64,000 nt of DNA from Candidatus Bathyarchaeota archaeon (GTDB taxonomy: Archaea > Thermoproteota > Bathyarchaeia > Bathyarchaeales > Bathycorpusculaceae), in contig CAWGZR010000009.1 in NCBI GenBank assembly GCA_963827165.1, positions 96,001-160,000 of the forward strand. Reading direction: 5' to 3'. The notes under the pieces were generated by a model. The model was not told the DNA's origin. It ran no database searches and saw only the letters and a program-made list of their open reading frames with translations. Below, piece by piece: positions 49,421 through 59,754 of this stretch (position 1 is the first letter of the stretch; each line of letters begins with the position of its first letter). Both the position numbers and the translations under genes were made by a program.

Positions 49421-49827
49421 TTTTTCAAACATATTTGGAGTCGGGTTGACATAATATATCATAGTAATTCTAGAGTTTTGCATTTGTATTTCAGTTAAGA
49501 CGATCCCAACTTGGCAGGGTTTTCATGGTAACATAAAACTGAAGATCTCTTTCAGACTCGGTTCAAATCCCGCCAGGTTCAGCCCAAACCAGAGCAGATA
49601 TGGTTTTGAACCTGATTTTTGGTGCAACTCGGCGAGCTTATTCTCAAATGAAAATTGGTTGTTGAAGGAAGTTTAGGAATTTAATATTCTGGATTCGCGC
49701 CTGTTCTAAGGTAAGACCGATATAGATTCAAACCGCTTCAAGCTCGAATTCAAGCATAAATTTCTTTACCTATTATGCCTGATTTATTGTGTTATCTAAT
49801 AATCGCATGGTCTACATTGATAGGGGT

Positions 49828-50645
49828 CTACTTCATTCGAGTTCTTTGAGGGCTTCTTCTACCCCGGTAGCTCTCATGGACAATTTTCACTATTGCCTTC
49901 ACCATTTTCGTCGGGTCAGGAGCCTGAAAAACATTTCGCCCTATCGAGGCGCCTGCTCCTCCAGCCTGCATGGACTCCCAGACCATCTGCAGAACATCAC
50001 TGTTTGTTTTCATCCTTGGGCCTCCCGCAACTACCACTGGAGCTGGACACCCCTCCACAACTTCCTTAAACGAATCTATGTCTCCAGGGTAGTTTGTTTT
50101 GACTATGTCCGCTCCCAGTTCCGCACCGATCCGCGCCGCAAGTTTTACAGCCTCGACGTCATTCTCGGACTTGACTTTTCGTCCACGAGGGTACATCATT
50201 GCAACGAGGGGCATACCCCATTTCATGCACTCCTGTGAGACAAAACCCAAAGTTTTAAGCATTTCAGACTCATTGTCCGCTCCAACATTAATGTGAACAC
50301 TCACTGCGTCCGCACCCATTATCAATGCTTCCTCAACGGTCGCCACAAGGACTTTATTGTTCGGGTCTGGACTAATACTCAGAACTCCCAGAAAGATGCA
50401 TAATCAATCCCGATGTCTCTGTCATATCTTCGATGACCATAAAGGGGAAGACCTTTGTGACCGAGAACGGCGTTTGCTCCTCCTTCAGCGACTTTATCAA
50501 CCATCTCAGAAAGCTTGACCAAGCCTTTTATGGGACCAACTGAAACCCCATGATCCATGGGCACTATGACCGTTTTCTTAGTCTGTCGGTTAAATATTCT
50601 TTCAAGTCGGATCGACTTTCCAATTAAACTCATTTCAACACCCAT
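49828..50645 (-). pseudogene. Frameshifted class I aldolase (ADH synthase AroA'/DhnA family)
   Basis: [17 protein letters not shown] and [25 protein letters not shown] split by +1 shifts near 50410, 50381 and 49865. Confidence 0.85.
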
Positions 50646-50991
50646 TTTCTATTGTTGTTCAGTTCATAAAAAATTTATGTTTAGGACCGATAACTGTCGG
50701 TGAAAAAATATCCTGTCTTTTTTGGTATGCGCACTGGCAATTTTTGAACATCTTTTTTAGCGGTAAAATGGGGCTAGGATCCACCTCTCAGCACTTAATC
50801 AAGAAAAGATTTTGAACCCAACTGGAAAAACCTGAAGACTAACCTGAGACAATTATTTTATTCTCCATTTTCGAGTTTCAGTCAAAACCCCGCACTTCGA
50901 GTGATCATGGCCAAAAAAACGTTAGATTGTAGGTGTTGATTCACAGTCACACGCCTTAAAGTAAACCTATCGACTTAATGGTGAGTAAGGC

Positions 50992-51177
50992 TTGAAAATG
51001 GGCTTGCTTGATTCACTTTTCGTAGTTGCTGGGATACTTGTTAACTTTTGGCTCTTCAGCTTTGTCTTTCTTAACATAGGTACCATAATATGGGTTCTGC
51101 CTGTCATAGCCATCATCATGGTAGTTGCACGACTGGCTTTCAGGACGCAAAATATAAAATTAGACAAAGAAAGGTAG
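50992..51177 (+). CDS. Small 2-TM membrane protein
   Basis: Two hydrophobic segments and basic tail; downstream of element plus TATA. Confidence 0.65.
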   Translation: MKMGLLDSLFVVAGILVNFWLFSFVFLNIGTIIWVLPVIAIIMVVARLAFRTQNIKLDKER

Positions 51178-51204
51178 GAATAAATGGAGTAAAGGTGGAA
51201 AGAT

Positions 51205-51378
51205 ATGGGTTTTGGAAGTTGGATTGGTGGTGTAGGGCTCTGTATATTAGGAGTTCTGTTAGGATTTTTTGGACTTGCAGTTCTTTTAGGAATTTTTAAA
51301 TTCGTTGCAACGAGCCTTGATCGCCCATTAGGAATAGGTAGTTTAGTGGTATGCTCGTCCACACTCACAGCCGATAAG
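51205..51378 (+). CDS. Small membrane protein (3' end uncertain)
   Basis: Gly-rich hydrophobic helix after GGTGG; the listed ORF runs antisense into the next gene, while a -1 frame stops at 51376-78. Confidence 0.45.
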
Positions 51379-51380
51379 GA

Positions 51381-51581
51381 TTACTTCTTCTTTTGTCTTA
51401 CAGCGACTTTAGCTTTCATTTCAAAGATAGTGTCCTCGCCGGCTTTTCCAATTCCAAAGTTCCATTCTAATACCTCTACGTCCATGTCTTTGAAGTGTGA
51501 AACCAACGATTTCTGGAATTCGCTCCATTTCTCGCTCATCTTCTCTATCTGTTCCTTGACGTCTATATGATGTTCTGACAT
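51381..51581 (-). CDS. Small hypothetical protein
   Basis: 66 aa with GGAGGTG SD. Confidence 0.7.
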   Translation of the reverse strand: MSEHHIDVKEQIEKMSEKWSEFQKSLVSHFKDMDVEVLEWNFGIGKAGEDTIFEMKAKVAVRQKKK

Positions 51582-51623
51582 AATTCGTTACACCTCCCAA
51601 AATATCTAAAAAAAGGCATATGT

Positions 51624-51911
51624 CTAAGCTTTTACTGGACTCAGGTACATATGCAGTTTGTCTTTTGCAACTTTTAAGTGTAATCCAGTGTCTGTCCAGA
51701 TGCCAGTCCCTTTCTCTAAAGCTGTAACGTTTAGATTGTTTCGCACTCCGCCTTTCTTTGCTCCAAGAACTGATTCAGCTACGTTTTTGTCCAATTCGAC
51801 TTCGAGATGAGTTACTTTCCACTCATTGGCGTCTACTTCCAGTTCTTTTATTTTGCCTATTTTTTCATCTAATGCAAACACGTCTTTGTCCATAAATTCT
51901 TTACTTTTCAT
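51624..51911 (-). CDS. PRC-barrel domain protein
   Basis: FMDKDVFALDEKIGKIKELEVDANEWKVTHLEV; GGAGG SD. Confidence 0.75.
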   Translation of the reverse strand: MKSKEFMDKDVFALDEKIGKIKELEVDANEWKVTHLEVELDKNVAESVLGAKKGGVRNNLNVTALEKGTGIWTDTGLHLKVAKDKLHMYLSPVKA

Positions 51912-52332
51912 AAATTGTCTGACCTCCTTTTACGCTCAAGACTTGAGCTACCTTATAAAGAGTCATTGGCTGGGTTAAACTCGTGTGACTGTGAATCAAC
52001 ACCTACAGCCCTCCACAAATATTTAAACCCTAAATTGCCATAAAGCGCTGCTTCAATTCGTCTCTGAAAGTTTCCTGTAAATGCTTCGCACATAACGGCA
52101 CTGTCAAAAGCTTGCTACGAACATCATGCCTTATTTAACTGCCCACTAACTCTGAGCCTTAATTTAACTCATGAATTTTGTCTATAGTATTCGATAATGA
52201 AGTTAAAGAAAACGTCAGGTCAGTCTCGGTACTTTCGTTTTTCCTGGAGGCTTTTTGGTTCTTGGAGCTTTGACATCGCTAAACTCGTTTCTTAACTTGT
52301 TGAGCGTGGGTGTCGGGTACGTAGTGATAGGT

Positions 52333-52356
52333 TGTAGGTGGGATACTACATAGACA
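52333..52356 (+). promoter_or_regulatory. TGT-N3-TGT-N6-ACA-N3-ACA element
   Basis: TGTAGGTGG-GATACT-ACATAGACA (11/12), then TCAA-CTTAATA. Confidence 0.75.
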
Positions 52357-52419
52357 TCAACTTAATAGCGATTTACGCTCTATTCTATTCATAGTTCTGA
52401 TGGAGGTTTTTAGGTTCAG

Positions 52420-52734
52420 ATGAGTCTTACTGAGTTTGAGAAATCAAAGAAGCAAAGGCCGAAGGAGATGATTTGCGCTGAGACCTCGTTGGGATCCAAG
52501 ACTTCTAACGCAGAGCGAAGTCTGAAGGAACGTTTGCCACTCATTAAATGCGAGTGCGGAACCGAGATCTTGTTGCTGCCCGATTTGGTGGCTATGGACC
52601 GCGCTATCGATGCACATGTGGCTGAACACAGGAAAAAAGGGAATAACCCTTCTAGGGCAGCCACTTCTAGTCGTATCAGTCAGCTTTTAGCTCAATTAAT
52701 TTTAAGGAAGGCAAGTGAAGACACGCTTCATTAA
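52420..52734 (+). CDS. Hypothetical protein with CxC...HxxxH putative metal site
   Basis: IKCECG..DAHVAEH; GGAGG SD. Confidence 0.65.
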   Translation: MSLTEFEKSKKQRPKEMICAETSLGSKTSNAERSLKERLPLIKCECGTEILLLPDLVAMDRAIDAHVAEHRKKGNNPSRAATSSRISQLLAQLILRKASEDTLH

Positions 52735-52845
52735 TTATCAGCTGTTCCCGAAAAAAGAAGATAGAGCGCTTGCTTTGTTGAAGTATAATAATCAAATATG
52801 GAAAAAATAAGATAAGAACGAAAGATATTGAGATGAAATTAAGTT

Positions 52846-53619
52846 ATGGCAGTTTTAAAAATTTTCGAGCCGTCAGTAGACTTTGTTGACAAGTGTGAGA
52901 ATTTGCATGTAGGCTATTCACCTTTAGAAAAACATAATCCGGATTTTAGCTCAACTCAGGTTATCGTTGCAGCTTTGAACGAAGAAGAGGGAATTGGACT
53001 TACGATCGCAGAACTTATGGATAATCTTAATTCGCCTCATATCCTAGTTGTTGACGGTCATAGCAACGACAGGACTGTGGAGATCGCAAAGAATCTTGGT
53101 GTGGATATTGCTTTTCAAGACGGCGTTGGCAAAGGAGATGCCATCGTTAAAGCGTTAAGACTAACACACGGCGACGTAGATTATGTTGTACTTACGGATG
53201 CTGATTTCACTTACCCAGCTAAGCATGTTCCCGAGATGATTAAAATTTTAGAGCAAAACCCTGATGTGGGCATGGTTTGTGGTAACCGATTTACATCTCA
53301 ACTAGATAACAAAGCGTTGATCAACCGATTTTATTTGGGAAACAAGCTTCTTGCGTTCAGTCATAATATTCTAAACGGCATAACTCTTAACGATCCCTTA
53401 ACAGGTCTGCGCGTCATTCGAGCAGAACTACTCAAAAACCTGAAATTGAAATCGAGTGGCTTTGACATCGAAGTAGAACTAAATAGCATAGTACAGAAGA
53501 AAGGTTATAAAACAGTTGAAGTGCCAATAGAATATCGCCAAAGAATAGGTGAGAAAAAACTCAAAATGAAGCATGGTTTAACAATATTCAAAAGAATAGT
53601 GACTGAAATGATGTTTTAA
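52846..53619 (+). CDS. GT2 glycosyltransferase, close paralogue of 48584..49351
   Basis: Same motif set; shared EQNPDVGMVCGNR and RIGEKKLKM. Confidence 0.9.
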   Translation: MAVLKIFEPSVDFVDKCENLHVGYSPLEKHNPDFSSTQVIVAALNEEEGIGLTIAELMDNLNSPHILVVDGHSNDRTVEIAKNLGVDIAFQDGVGKGDAIVKALRLTHGDVDYVVLTDADFTYPAKHVPEMIKILEQNPDVGMVCGNRFTSQLDNKALINRFYLGNKLLAFSHNILNGITLNDPLTGLRVIRAELLKNLKLKSSGFDIEVELNSIVQKKGYKTVEVPIEYRQRIGEKKLKMKHGLTIFKRIVTEMMF

Positions 53620-53853
53620 TTAGCGCGCTCGGGAACGGAACCTTTTCTAAAAGGCATTCATGTTTACACTTAAAACCAGATATATCCTAAAAGGGAAAAA
53701 AAGACTATAATTCGCGTTTTTTTGAGGATGAGCTCGGTAGAGATTAACACTTTCAGGTTTGAATCCAATGATTTTCTTTATGAAGAAAATGGGACCATGT
53801 TCTTGATTGTCATGACTATATCTTTTTCACGCGCGCGGCACTGATTGAAAAAC

Positions 53854-54834
53854 TTATCGAATTCGTAGATCCTTTTTTCTTTCAATCAAGTCTGTGATTT
53901 CGTCAAATTCGCTGGTGTAGTCTTTATGTTCCTTAACTAATCTTTTTAGTCTGTTTTGGTTAAAGTAGCCTTCGTAGAATCCGAAGAACATAATCGCAAA
54001 GAATCCATACATTAGATAGTTGCCAAAAGCGGCCATGCCTTGCGTGACAACTAGGAGTATAATCGGAAAAAGCACACCGAGAGAACCAATATACGCAGAC
54101 ATTGCTCCAATTAGAGCGCCCATAACATCAATCTTATTATCATTTATACTCTTGGCCAGACCTGCTTTTCTTTCCCAGAGCGTTGACGTGTCGCTGAAAT
54201 CAACTGCACTAAACAAGCTATCAAAAGCTCCGATCGAAATATGGTTTGTTCGATTTTTGAAGGCGCTGTTCATTTTTTGGTGATAGAACTCGCGATGTTC
54301 TTGGTATTCACGCTTTATGATGGTAGCATCTATGTACGGTGTCCTTCTAACCATGCGAATAGCGTACTTTACGTTTTCAACAAACTTTTTGCCGACGAGT
54401 TCTTGTTCAGCTTTTTTTGCCGCGCGTGCCTCATTAAGTATATCTTGTTTTTCTTCATCCTTCAGAGTTTGTTTTTCTTTAGCTGTCATCATTTTGTGCG
54501 AAAATCGATGGTCATTAATACATTTGTAAATTATAGTTGAAAAGGGGTGAGGTACATAGAATTCTGAGACTTTTTCTGCACAATAGGGGCATATGTATCC
54601 AGAATCGTGCCAATCTGGGTCTTCAGTTATCTTCTTTCCATTATTTTTTTCCCATTGTTTTATCCAATGTCTTGTCTGACCCCAGCCACCGCTTAAACTG
54701 AGATAAAGAACTTTTGATTCTTTTATCGCTTGAATGATATCTTCTTCTGTTCGCGCTTGAATCTTTTCAACTTTTGTTTTGGTTTGCTCTTGCTGCGTTT
54801 TCTCTTCTATTGTGGGCTTTTCTATTTCATACAT
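53854..54834 (-). CDS. Hypothetical protein with Zn-finger-like motif and two C-terminal TMs
   Basis: CPYC..C...H; hydrophobic hairpin near C-terminus. Confidence 0.65.
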   Translation of the reverse strand: MYEIEKPTIEEKTQQEQTKTKVEKIQARTEEDIIQAIKESKVLYLSLSGGWGQTRHWIKQWEKNNGKKITEDPDWHDSGYICPYCAEKVSEFYVPHPFSTIIYKCINDHRFSHKMMTAKEKQTLKDEEKQDILNEARAAKKAEQELVGKKFVENVKYAIRMVRRTPYIDATIIKREYQEHREFYHQKMNSAFKNRTNHISIGAFDSLFSAVDFSDTSTLWERKAGLAKSINDNKIDVMGALIGAMSAYIGSLGVLFPIILLVVTQGMAAFGNYLMYGFFAIMFFGFYEGYFNQNRLKRLVKEHKDYTSEFDEITDLIERKKDLRIR

Positions 54835-55124
54835 TTTTGTCCCTTTGTGTTAAAGAAATCCGTTTGGGGTCGGCTCTTTGTTTTTTAGAAACTCAAGGTT
54901 TTTTTTGAGCTTAAAGGTAGTTGCTCGATCACACACACTGCATGCTACCGCTTCTTTAACTAAAAAATCTTCATTTCCATATTTATGCGTGTGTGGATGG
55001 GACGCCCCAGCAACATTAAAGCCAGTTTGGGCAAAATTTTTTTAATAATTCAATTTCTGAAAGATAATACTAATGGAACATGATAATTAAGAGATAATAG
55101 AGATTTTTTAACATCCTACCGCTC

Positions 55125-55148
55125 TGTCGGTGTGAGACAACAGTTACA
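55125..55148 (+). promoter_or_regulatory. TGT-N3-TGT-N6-ACA-N3-ACA element
   Basis: TGTCGGTGT-GAGACA-ACAGTTACA (12/12), then CAGA-CTTAATA. Confidence 0.8.
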
Positions 55149-55197
55149 CAGACTTAATAGAGATTTGCGCCCATATGTAACTTAGAAGACATAATTT

Positions 55198-55620
55198 ATG
55201 AACAATCTTATCATTGGAAATATCAGTTTAATGAGCCTTATCGTAACTATAATTGGCTTGATTATTCTTTGGGTAGTAGTCTCAATACCCGTATGGCTAG
55301 CCGGCAAGGCATTAACTGGCGGAAAAGCCACCTTTGGGGAAGCCATGCTTGCCACACTGTTTGGCCCAATAGTTTATGCTATCACGTTGTTCGTAGTGGG
55401 CTACTTCCTGGGAACGCTAATTGGCTCAACCGCGTATGTAATCGCATTAATTTTAGCGCTTTTAGCGTGGATATGGGTCTACAAAGCAAGCTTCAGAATA
55501 GGCTGGCTAAGCGCAATCGCAATAGCAATACTGGCATGGATAATCTTCGTCGTAATAAGCATAATATTTGGAGCCCTCTTCGGCATAGTGGTTCCGGGAA
55601 CGTTCTTCCCCCACATTTAA
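55198..55620 (+). CDS. 4-TM membrane protein
   Basis: Four hydrophobic segments. Confidence 0.75.
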   Translation: MNNLIIGNISLMSLIVTIIGLIILWVVVSIPVWLAGKALTGGKATFGEAMLATLFGPIVYAITLFVVGYFLGTLIGSTAYVIALILALLAWIWVYKASFRIGWLSAIAIAILAWIIFVVISIIFGALFGIVVPGTFFPHI

Positions 55621-55706
55621 AATGAACGTGAATTTTTTTCACGCAAAATTGTTTAAAACAAATCATTTGCGAAACTATACAAATATCCAAAGAGGTGAAC
55701 TAAAAA

Positions 55707-56027
55707 ATGAAGAATAATTTTGCTTACTGGGGATACATCCTTGCGTTAATAGGTGGAATACTCATAATCGTTTTTGGCTTACTTGGTCTTATAGGATCTT
55801 CTTTTGGCAGCACTTTCTCACCGGCTGGTTACTACTTGACGGGAGTAATGTACAGCATAGTGGCAATAGTAATTGGTGCGATCTGTGTAATTGGGTCAAA
55901 GTCCATTGGAATCTTGCCTTGGGCAATAGTGCTATTAGTACTTGGAATCGTTTCAGGCGGAATCGGAGGAGTCTTAGTTGTTCTCGGAGCCCTTCTGGGA
56001 TTACTTTCAATATTCGCTAAGTCGTAG
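55707..56027 (+). CDS. Small Gly-rich membrane protein
   Basis: Hydrophobic throughout; GAGGTG SD. Confidence 0.75.
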   Translation: MKNNFAYWGYILALIGGILIIVFGLLGLIGSSFGSTFSPAGYYLTGVMYSIVAIVIGAICVIGSKSIGILPWAIVLLVLGIVSGGIGGVLVVLGALLGLLSIFAKS

Positions 56028-56139
56028 CCCAAATAGGTGAAACCAAAAAACTTCAAAAAATCTTTTTTCATGTAACTTTTTTGGTGATTTTCTGCAACAA
56101 TTGCTTTTCTTTTAGATTCGCGTCATTTATTGAGCTTTT

Positions 56140-56163
56140 TGTCGGTGTGGGGTTACAGCTACG
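56140..56163 (+). promoter_or_regulatory. TGT-N3-TGT-N6-ACA-N3-ACA element
   Basis: TGTCGGTGT-GGGGTT-ACAGCTACG (11/12), then CAAG-TTTAAAA. Confidence 0.78.
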
Positions 56164-56216
56164 CAAGTTTAAAAGCTGTATATACGCTTATAATTACAAT
56201 TGTGGAGATGTAGATC

Positions 56217-56543
56217 TTGGGCGCGGTAGATCAAGTATTTCATTTTATTACTTCTGGAAGCATAGGCGGATTATCACCTATTGTATTAATGATAATAATA
56301 TTCGTCGTGGGATTAATTGTAGGCTACTTAGTTCACTTATTCTTAAAGATCGCCATTATAGCTGCAATTATAATATTCATAGTTGCGTACTTCGGCTTCT
56401 TCGGCTTAAGCCTTGGTGCATTGAAAAGTTATGCAACCCAATACGGCTCAATTGTATATCAGTATGGAGCACTCATCATAGGCATCCTACCTTTGAGCAT
56501 TGGATTTATAGTAGGTGTAATCATCGGCTTCGTATTGGGATAA
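56217..56543 (+). CDS. Small membrane protein (FUN14-like architecture)
   Basis: FVVGLIVGY..LKIA..AYFG; C-terminal GFIVGVIIGF. Confidence 0.65.
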   Translation: MGAVDQVFHFITSGSIGGLSPIVLMIIIFVVGLIVGYLVHLFLKIAIIAAIIIFIVAYFGFFGLSLGALKSYATQYGSIVYQYGALIIGILPLSIGFIVGVIIGFVLG

Positions 56544-56615
56544 ACTAAACATTCCTCTACGGGGTTTGAAGGAGTCTCTCTAAAGAGATTTTGAAAAGAG
56601 GGAAGTAACTTCTCT

Positions 56616-56639
56616 TGTCTATGTCGCTTCCCAGTCACA
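56616..56639 (+). promoter_or_regulatory. TGT-N3-TGT-N6-ACA-N3-ACA element
   Basis: TGTCTATGT-CGCTTC-CCAGTCACA (11/12), then CAGT-TATTTAT. Confidence 0.72.
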
Positions 56640-56682
56640 CAGTTATTTATCGAACCAAACGATATTATTACAAGTAAAGTGG

Positions 56683-57135
56683 TTGATTAATATGGCAACT
56701 CCAGATGATATAAAGAACATACTTGGCTCCAACGAAAAAGTTGAATTATACATTGAGGAAAAAATCTATCATCCTCGAATTAACATAGAATCTGTGATCA
56801 TAACGAATGAACGGATAATTTTTCGGCATCCCCACGCGCTTGGTTTAAAGAAAGACTACACTGATTACAGCTATAGGGATGTAACGAATGTGACGTTAAA
56901 AAAAGGAATAAAACGTTCAACCATCAGGCTCACGGTTAAGCATGGGTTAGAAAATCAGGGAAAGCAGCAAGAAGGCGAGGATCTGGATTTGGATAACCTA
57001 CCAAACGATCTTGCAGAAAAGGGATATGGCATTATCAGAGAAAATATTGGCAAATTCCAATCACCATTTTCTACTGGATATGCGACTACTCCAAACGAAA
57101 CCCCAAATAGTCAACAGCAACCTAGCAACCGCTAG
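56683..57135 (+). CDS. Bacterial-type PH (bPH) domain protein
   Basis: LGSNEKV..VIITNERIIF..DYSYRDVTNV. Confidence 0.75.
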   Translation: MINMATPDDIKNILGSNEKVELYIEEKIYHPRINIESVIITNERIIFRHPHALGLKKDYTDYSYRDVTNVTLKKGIKRSTIRLTVKHGLENQGKQQEGEDLDLDNLPNDLAEKGYGIIRENIGKFQSPFSTGYATTPNETPNSQQQPSNR

Positions 57136-57322
57136 AAATCCTTTTTGCCGTCAATACTTTTTTTTTAACGCAGGTTTTTATTTAATAAAAATAAAGCTAA
57201 TTAGCGATCTGACTGAAGGCGTCATATTCGAATCTTGCCAGGATCCTTTTTTTAATCCCTTCCTTAACTTCAAGGAACTAAAAAGATAAATATGTCAGGA
57301 TACAAAAATATTAACAGATAGA

Positions 57323-58108
57323 ATGACGAACGATGAAAACACTGACCTGCTGCTTGGTTTGGGTTTGACTCTTAACCAGGCAAAGGTTTACTTGGCCGTA
57401 ATTAAACTCGAAAAAACAACAGTTGGACAAGTCGCGAGTTTTTCGAAAGTGCGTAGGGAAGATGTCTATAGGATTTTACCATCACTTGAAAAAATGGGTT
57501 TGGTTGAAAGATTACTGGGCAAACCGACTGAGATTAGAGCTACTCGCATTTCAGATGCCTTAAGCCTCTTGGTTGCCGAAGAAAAAGGCAAATTTGACGA
57601 GCGGCTTGTGGGAATGAGAGGTATAGTCCAAAAACTATCCCTTAAAGACTGGAAGCAAGAACTTCCTAAAGAAGAAAGCATTTACATACTAATTGCAGAA
57701 AAGAAATCAATTCTTGCTAAAACCGCGGATCTTATATGTAATTCCAAAAAAGAAGTCGCCTTAATTGCAGATAAAGGCAGAATTATGCCGGTTTTATTTC
57801 AATTTTCCGATGAATATACGCTCGCAATAAAGAACGGTACTGTGATTCGGTTGCTTTTTGAAGGCGAAAAACCGGATGCCATACTCAAAGAAAAAGTTAC
57901 AAAACTCATCGGTGCCACCTCGGTTCAGGTAAAGTTTCACGCTGAGCCTTTGAATCATTTTCTAATGTCGGACGATAAAGAAGCATTAATCACTACCTCC
58001 AAAGAAAGCGGATTAGGGGAAAGCCCCTCTTTATGGACGAACAATAGCAACCTCATAGGTGTGTTAAGGACAAGTTTTGAATCGGATTGGAAAAAAGCTG
58101 AATGCTAA
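57323..58108 (+). CDS. TrmB-family regulator
   Basis: LGLTLNQAKVYLA..VYRILPSLEKMGLVE..GKP; DDKEALI..FESDWKKA. Confidence 0.9.
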   Translation: MTNDENTDLLLGLGLTLNQAKVYLAVIKLEKTTVGQVASFSKVRREDVYRILPSLEKMGLVERLLGKPTEIRATRISDALSLLVAEEKGKFDERLVGMRGIVQKLSLKDWKQELPKEESIYILIAEKKSILAKTADLICNSKKEVALIADKGRIMPVLFQFSDEYTLAIKNGTVIRLLFEGEKPDAILKEKVTKLIGATSVQVKFHAEPLNHFLMSDDKEALITTSKESGLGESPSLWTNNSNLIGVLRTSFESDWKKAEC

Positions 58109-58433
58109 ACCGAGAAACTGAGGTTTATACAGAGCGATGCCACTTTACAGTCTGCACAGCGAGACAATTCGTAATATTTCACAAACAAAGGCGTCGTTTT
58201 GCATCTTGACCGGTAATCCCCCGAAGAAACATGGGAAAATGTAAAATAAGCCGTTTTGGTTAGCACGCAATGTTAAAGCGACAGCAGAATGAACAATGGA
58301 TTGTAGCAGCAGCCTTGGCCGAAACCGCATAACCGTTTCTTTGCAATATTTTAGCCAAGTTGACAATACATCAACAGCAACCGATAGCAATGGTGCAATA
58401 ACTCTTTCTAGCCTTTTTCCTTAGTTTTCAACT

Positions 58434-58733
58434 TCAAACAAAGAGATGAGGGGTTACCTGAGCGGTTCTGTAATAGATTTCTTCACCTATCGCTTCCTTA
58501 ATTACTTTTTTCTCTATTTTCTTCTCTTCCGCTAATTTATCTAGAGCCTTCCTTAGTTGAATCGCAAGCTCATAACTAATCGGCTCTTTTGTGACCAAGT
58601 ATCCCAGGCCTTCCATTATACTTACAAGATTAAAAGCGCGATTCATGTTTTCTTTTTTGTTCAGAAAGGACATTATTCTGTCTTCAACTGGATGTACTTT
58701 TCCAGAATCCCATTCTTCAGTATCAATTGGCAT
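58434..58733 (-). CDS. Small wHTH-like hypothetical protein
   Basis: IMSFL..AFNL..I..LDKLAEEKKIEKK..IYY. Confidence 0.6.
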   Translation of the reverse strand: MPIDTEEWDSGKVHPVEDRIMSFLNKKENMNRAFNLVSIMEGLGYLVTKEPISYELAIQLRKALDKLAEEKKIEKKVIKEAIGEEIYYRTAQVTPHLFV

Positions 58734-59006
58734 TTTAGTCCCAATGTGTTAAAGGTTTTGTAAGAATTAAAGCTAGTACTTTCAAATTACCTCTTCAATT
58801 AAATATAACACAGCTTCTGTTTTGGGTATAATCTTTTCTTTATCGTAGCCAATGATAAAAACGCGTGAAATCGTAATCAATACCATGGCTGAAGTTAGAA
58901 GTGTCGCTTCAGAAACTGGAGTTGAACTTACATAATATTCAAGATGTGTATGTTTTCTGGCTGTTCCGATAAAGAAGAATATGTTAAGCTATCCCGTAGC
59001 ACCAAG

Positions 59007-59417
59007 CTACACTTTCAAAAAGATAACTTCGTTCAACAATCTGAAATGCTCGTCTCCCGTAACGACTTTTGCATTGAAATTTTTTGCCGTGCACAAAATA
59101 ATTGAATCGGCCAAACCCCAGCATTTCGCTTTTTCTTTTAAATCTACATTTAGTTTACCTGCGTCAGCTGCAATTTCAAAATCCAAGTCAACGATCATGC
59201 TTGTGGCGCGTATAAATTCTAGACGTTTTAACCTACCATCAGGGGTTTCATTTCCCAGTTCGATTTCCTTTTGCAGTTTTCTGCTGATTTCCGAAATCAC
59301 AATTGTCGGAGTGGCTGATTGTCCATCTTCTATATACTCTCTTGCGATTACCCCTAATTCTGAAGCTTTGAAGTATTCTATCCAAGCATAGGCGTCGATA
59401 ATGTATTTACAGCTCAT
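59007..59417 (-). CDS. vapC: VapC PIN-domain toxin
   Basis: IIDAYAWIEYF..VISEI..GLADSII..VVTGDEHF. Confidence 0.92.
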   Translation of the reverse strand: MSCKYIIDAYAWIEYFKASELGVIAREYIEDGQSATPTIVISEISRKLQKEIELGNETPDGRLKRLEFIRATSMIVDLDFEIAADAGKLNVDLKEKAKCWGLADSIILCTAKNFNAKVVTGDEHFRLLNEVIFLKV

Positions 59418-59607
59418 GGAATTCTGCCTCGTCCTGTTTCGAGAAAGAATTCAATTTACGGTTTGAGCCAAACATAGAGCAAGGAATTTTTTTTCTTTCG
59501 ACAATTAGTGTTCTTATTACTTCGTCGTGGCTTTTCATTTTCATCTCTTTCTTAACTCTATTGAGCATCTGAAGAGTCTTTTCGTTTACCTGAACTGTTG
59601 TCGGCAC
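59407..59607 (-). CDS. vapB: VapB antitoxin (RHH-like)
   Basis: TTVQVNEKTLQML..KSHDEVIRTL; overlaps vapC. Confidence 0.85.
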   Translation of the reverse strand: MPTTVQVNEKTLQMLNRVKKEMKMKSHDEVIRTLIVERKKIPCSMFGSNRKLNSFSKQDEAEFHEL

Positions 59608-59625
59608 TTTTCAACACGACTGTAA

Positions 59626-59643
59626 CTATAACTATAGTTATAG
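59626..59643. promoter_or_regulatory. Perfect 18-bp palindrome, likely vapBC autoregulatory operator
   Basis: CTATAACTATAGTTATAG between TATA and vapB start. Confidence 0.7.
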
Positions 59644-59754
59644 CCTATTAATATTTTCATAGAAGATTTTGAATCGTCCATAATTCCCATCAACCGCAGA
59701 TGCACCTGCTAATAAATTCCAAAAATTAATATTCTCCCGCATGCCCAGATGAAA

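Larger units (their letters stand above)
50928..52007. repeat. Perfect 26-bp inverted repeats bounding a 1.08-kb cassette; each contains a 12/12 regulon element
   Basis: TGTAGGTGTTGATTCACAGTCACACG at 50928-50953 and its reverse complement at 51982-52007. Confidence 0.92.
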
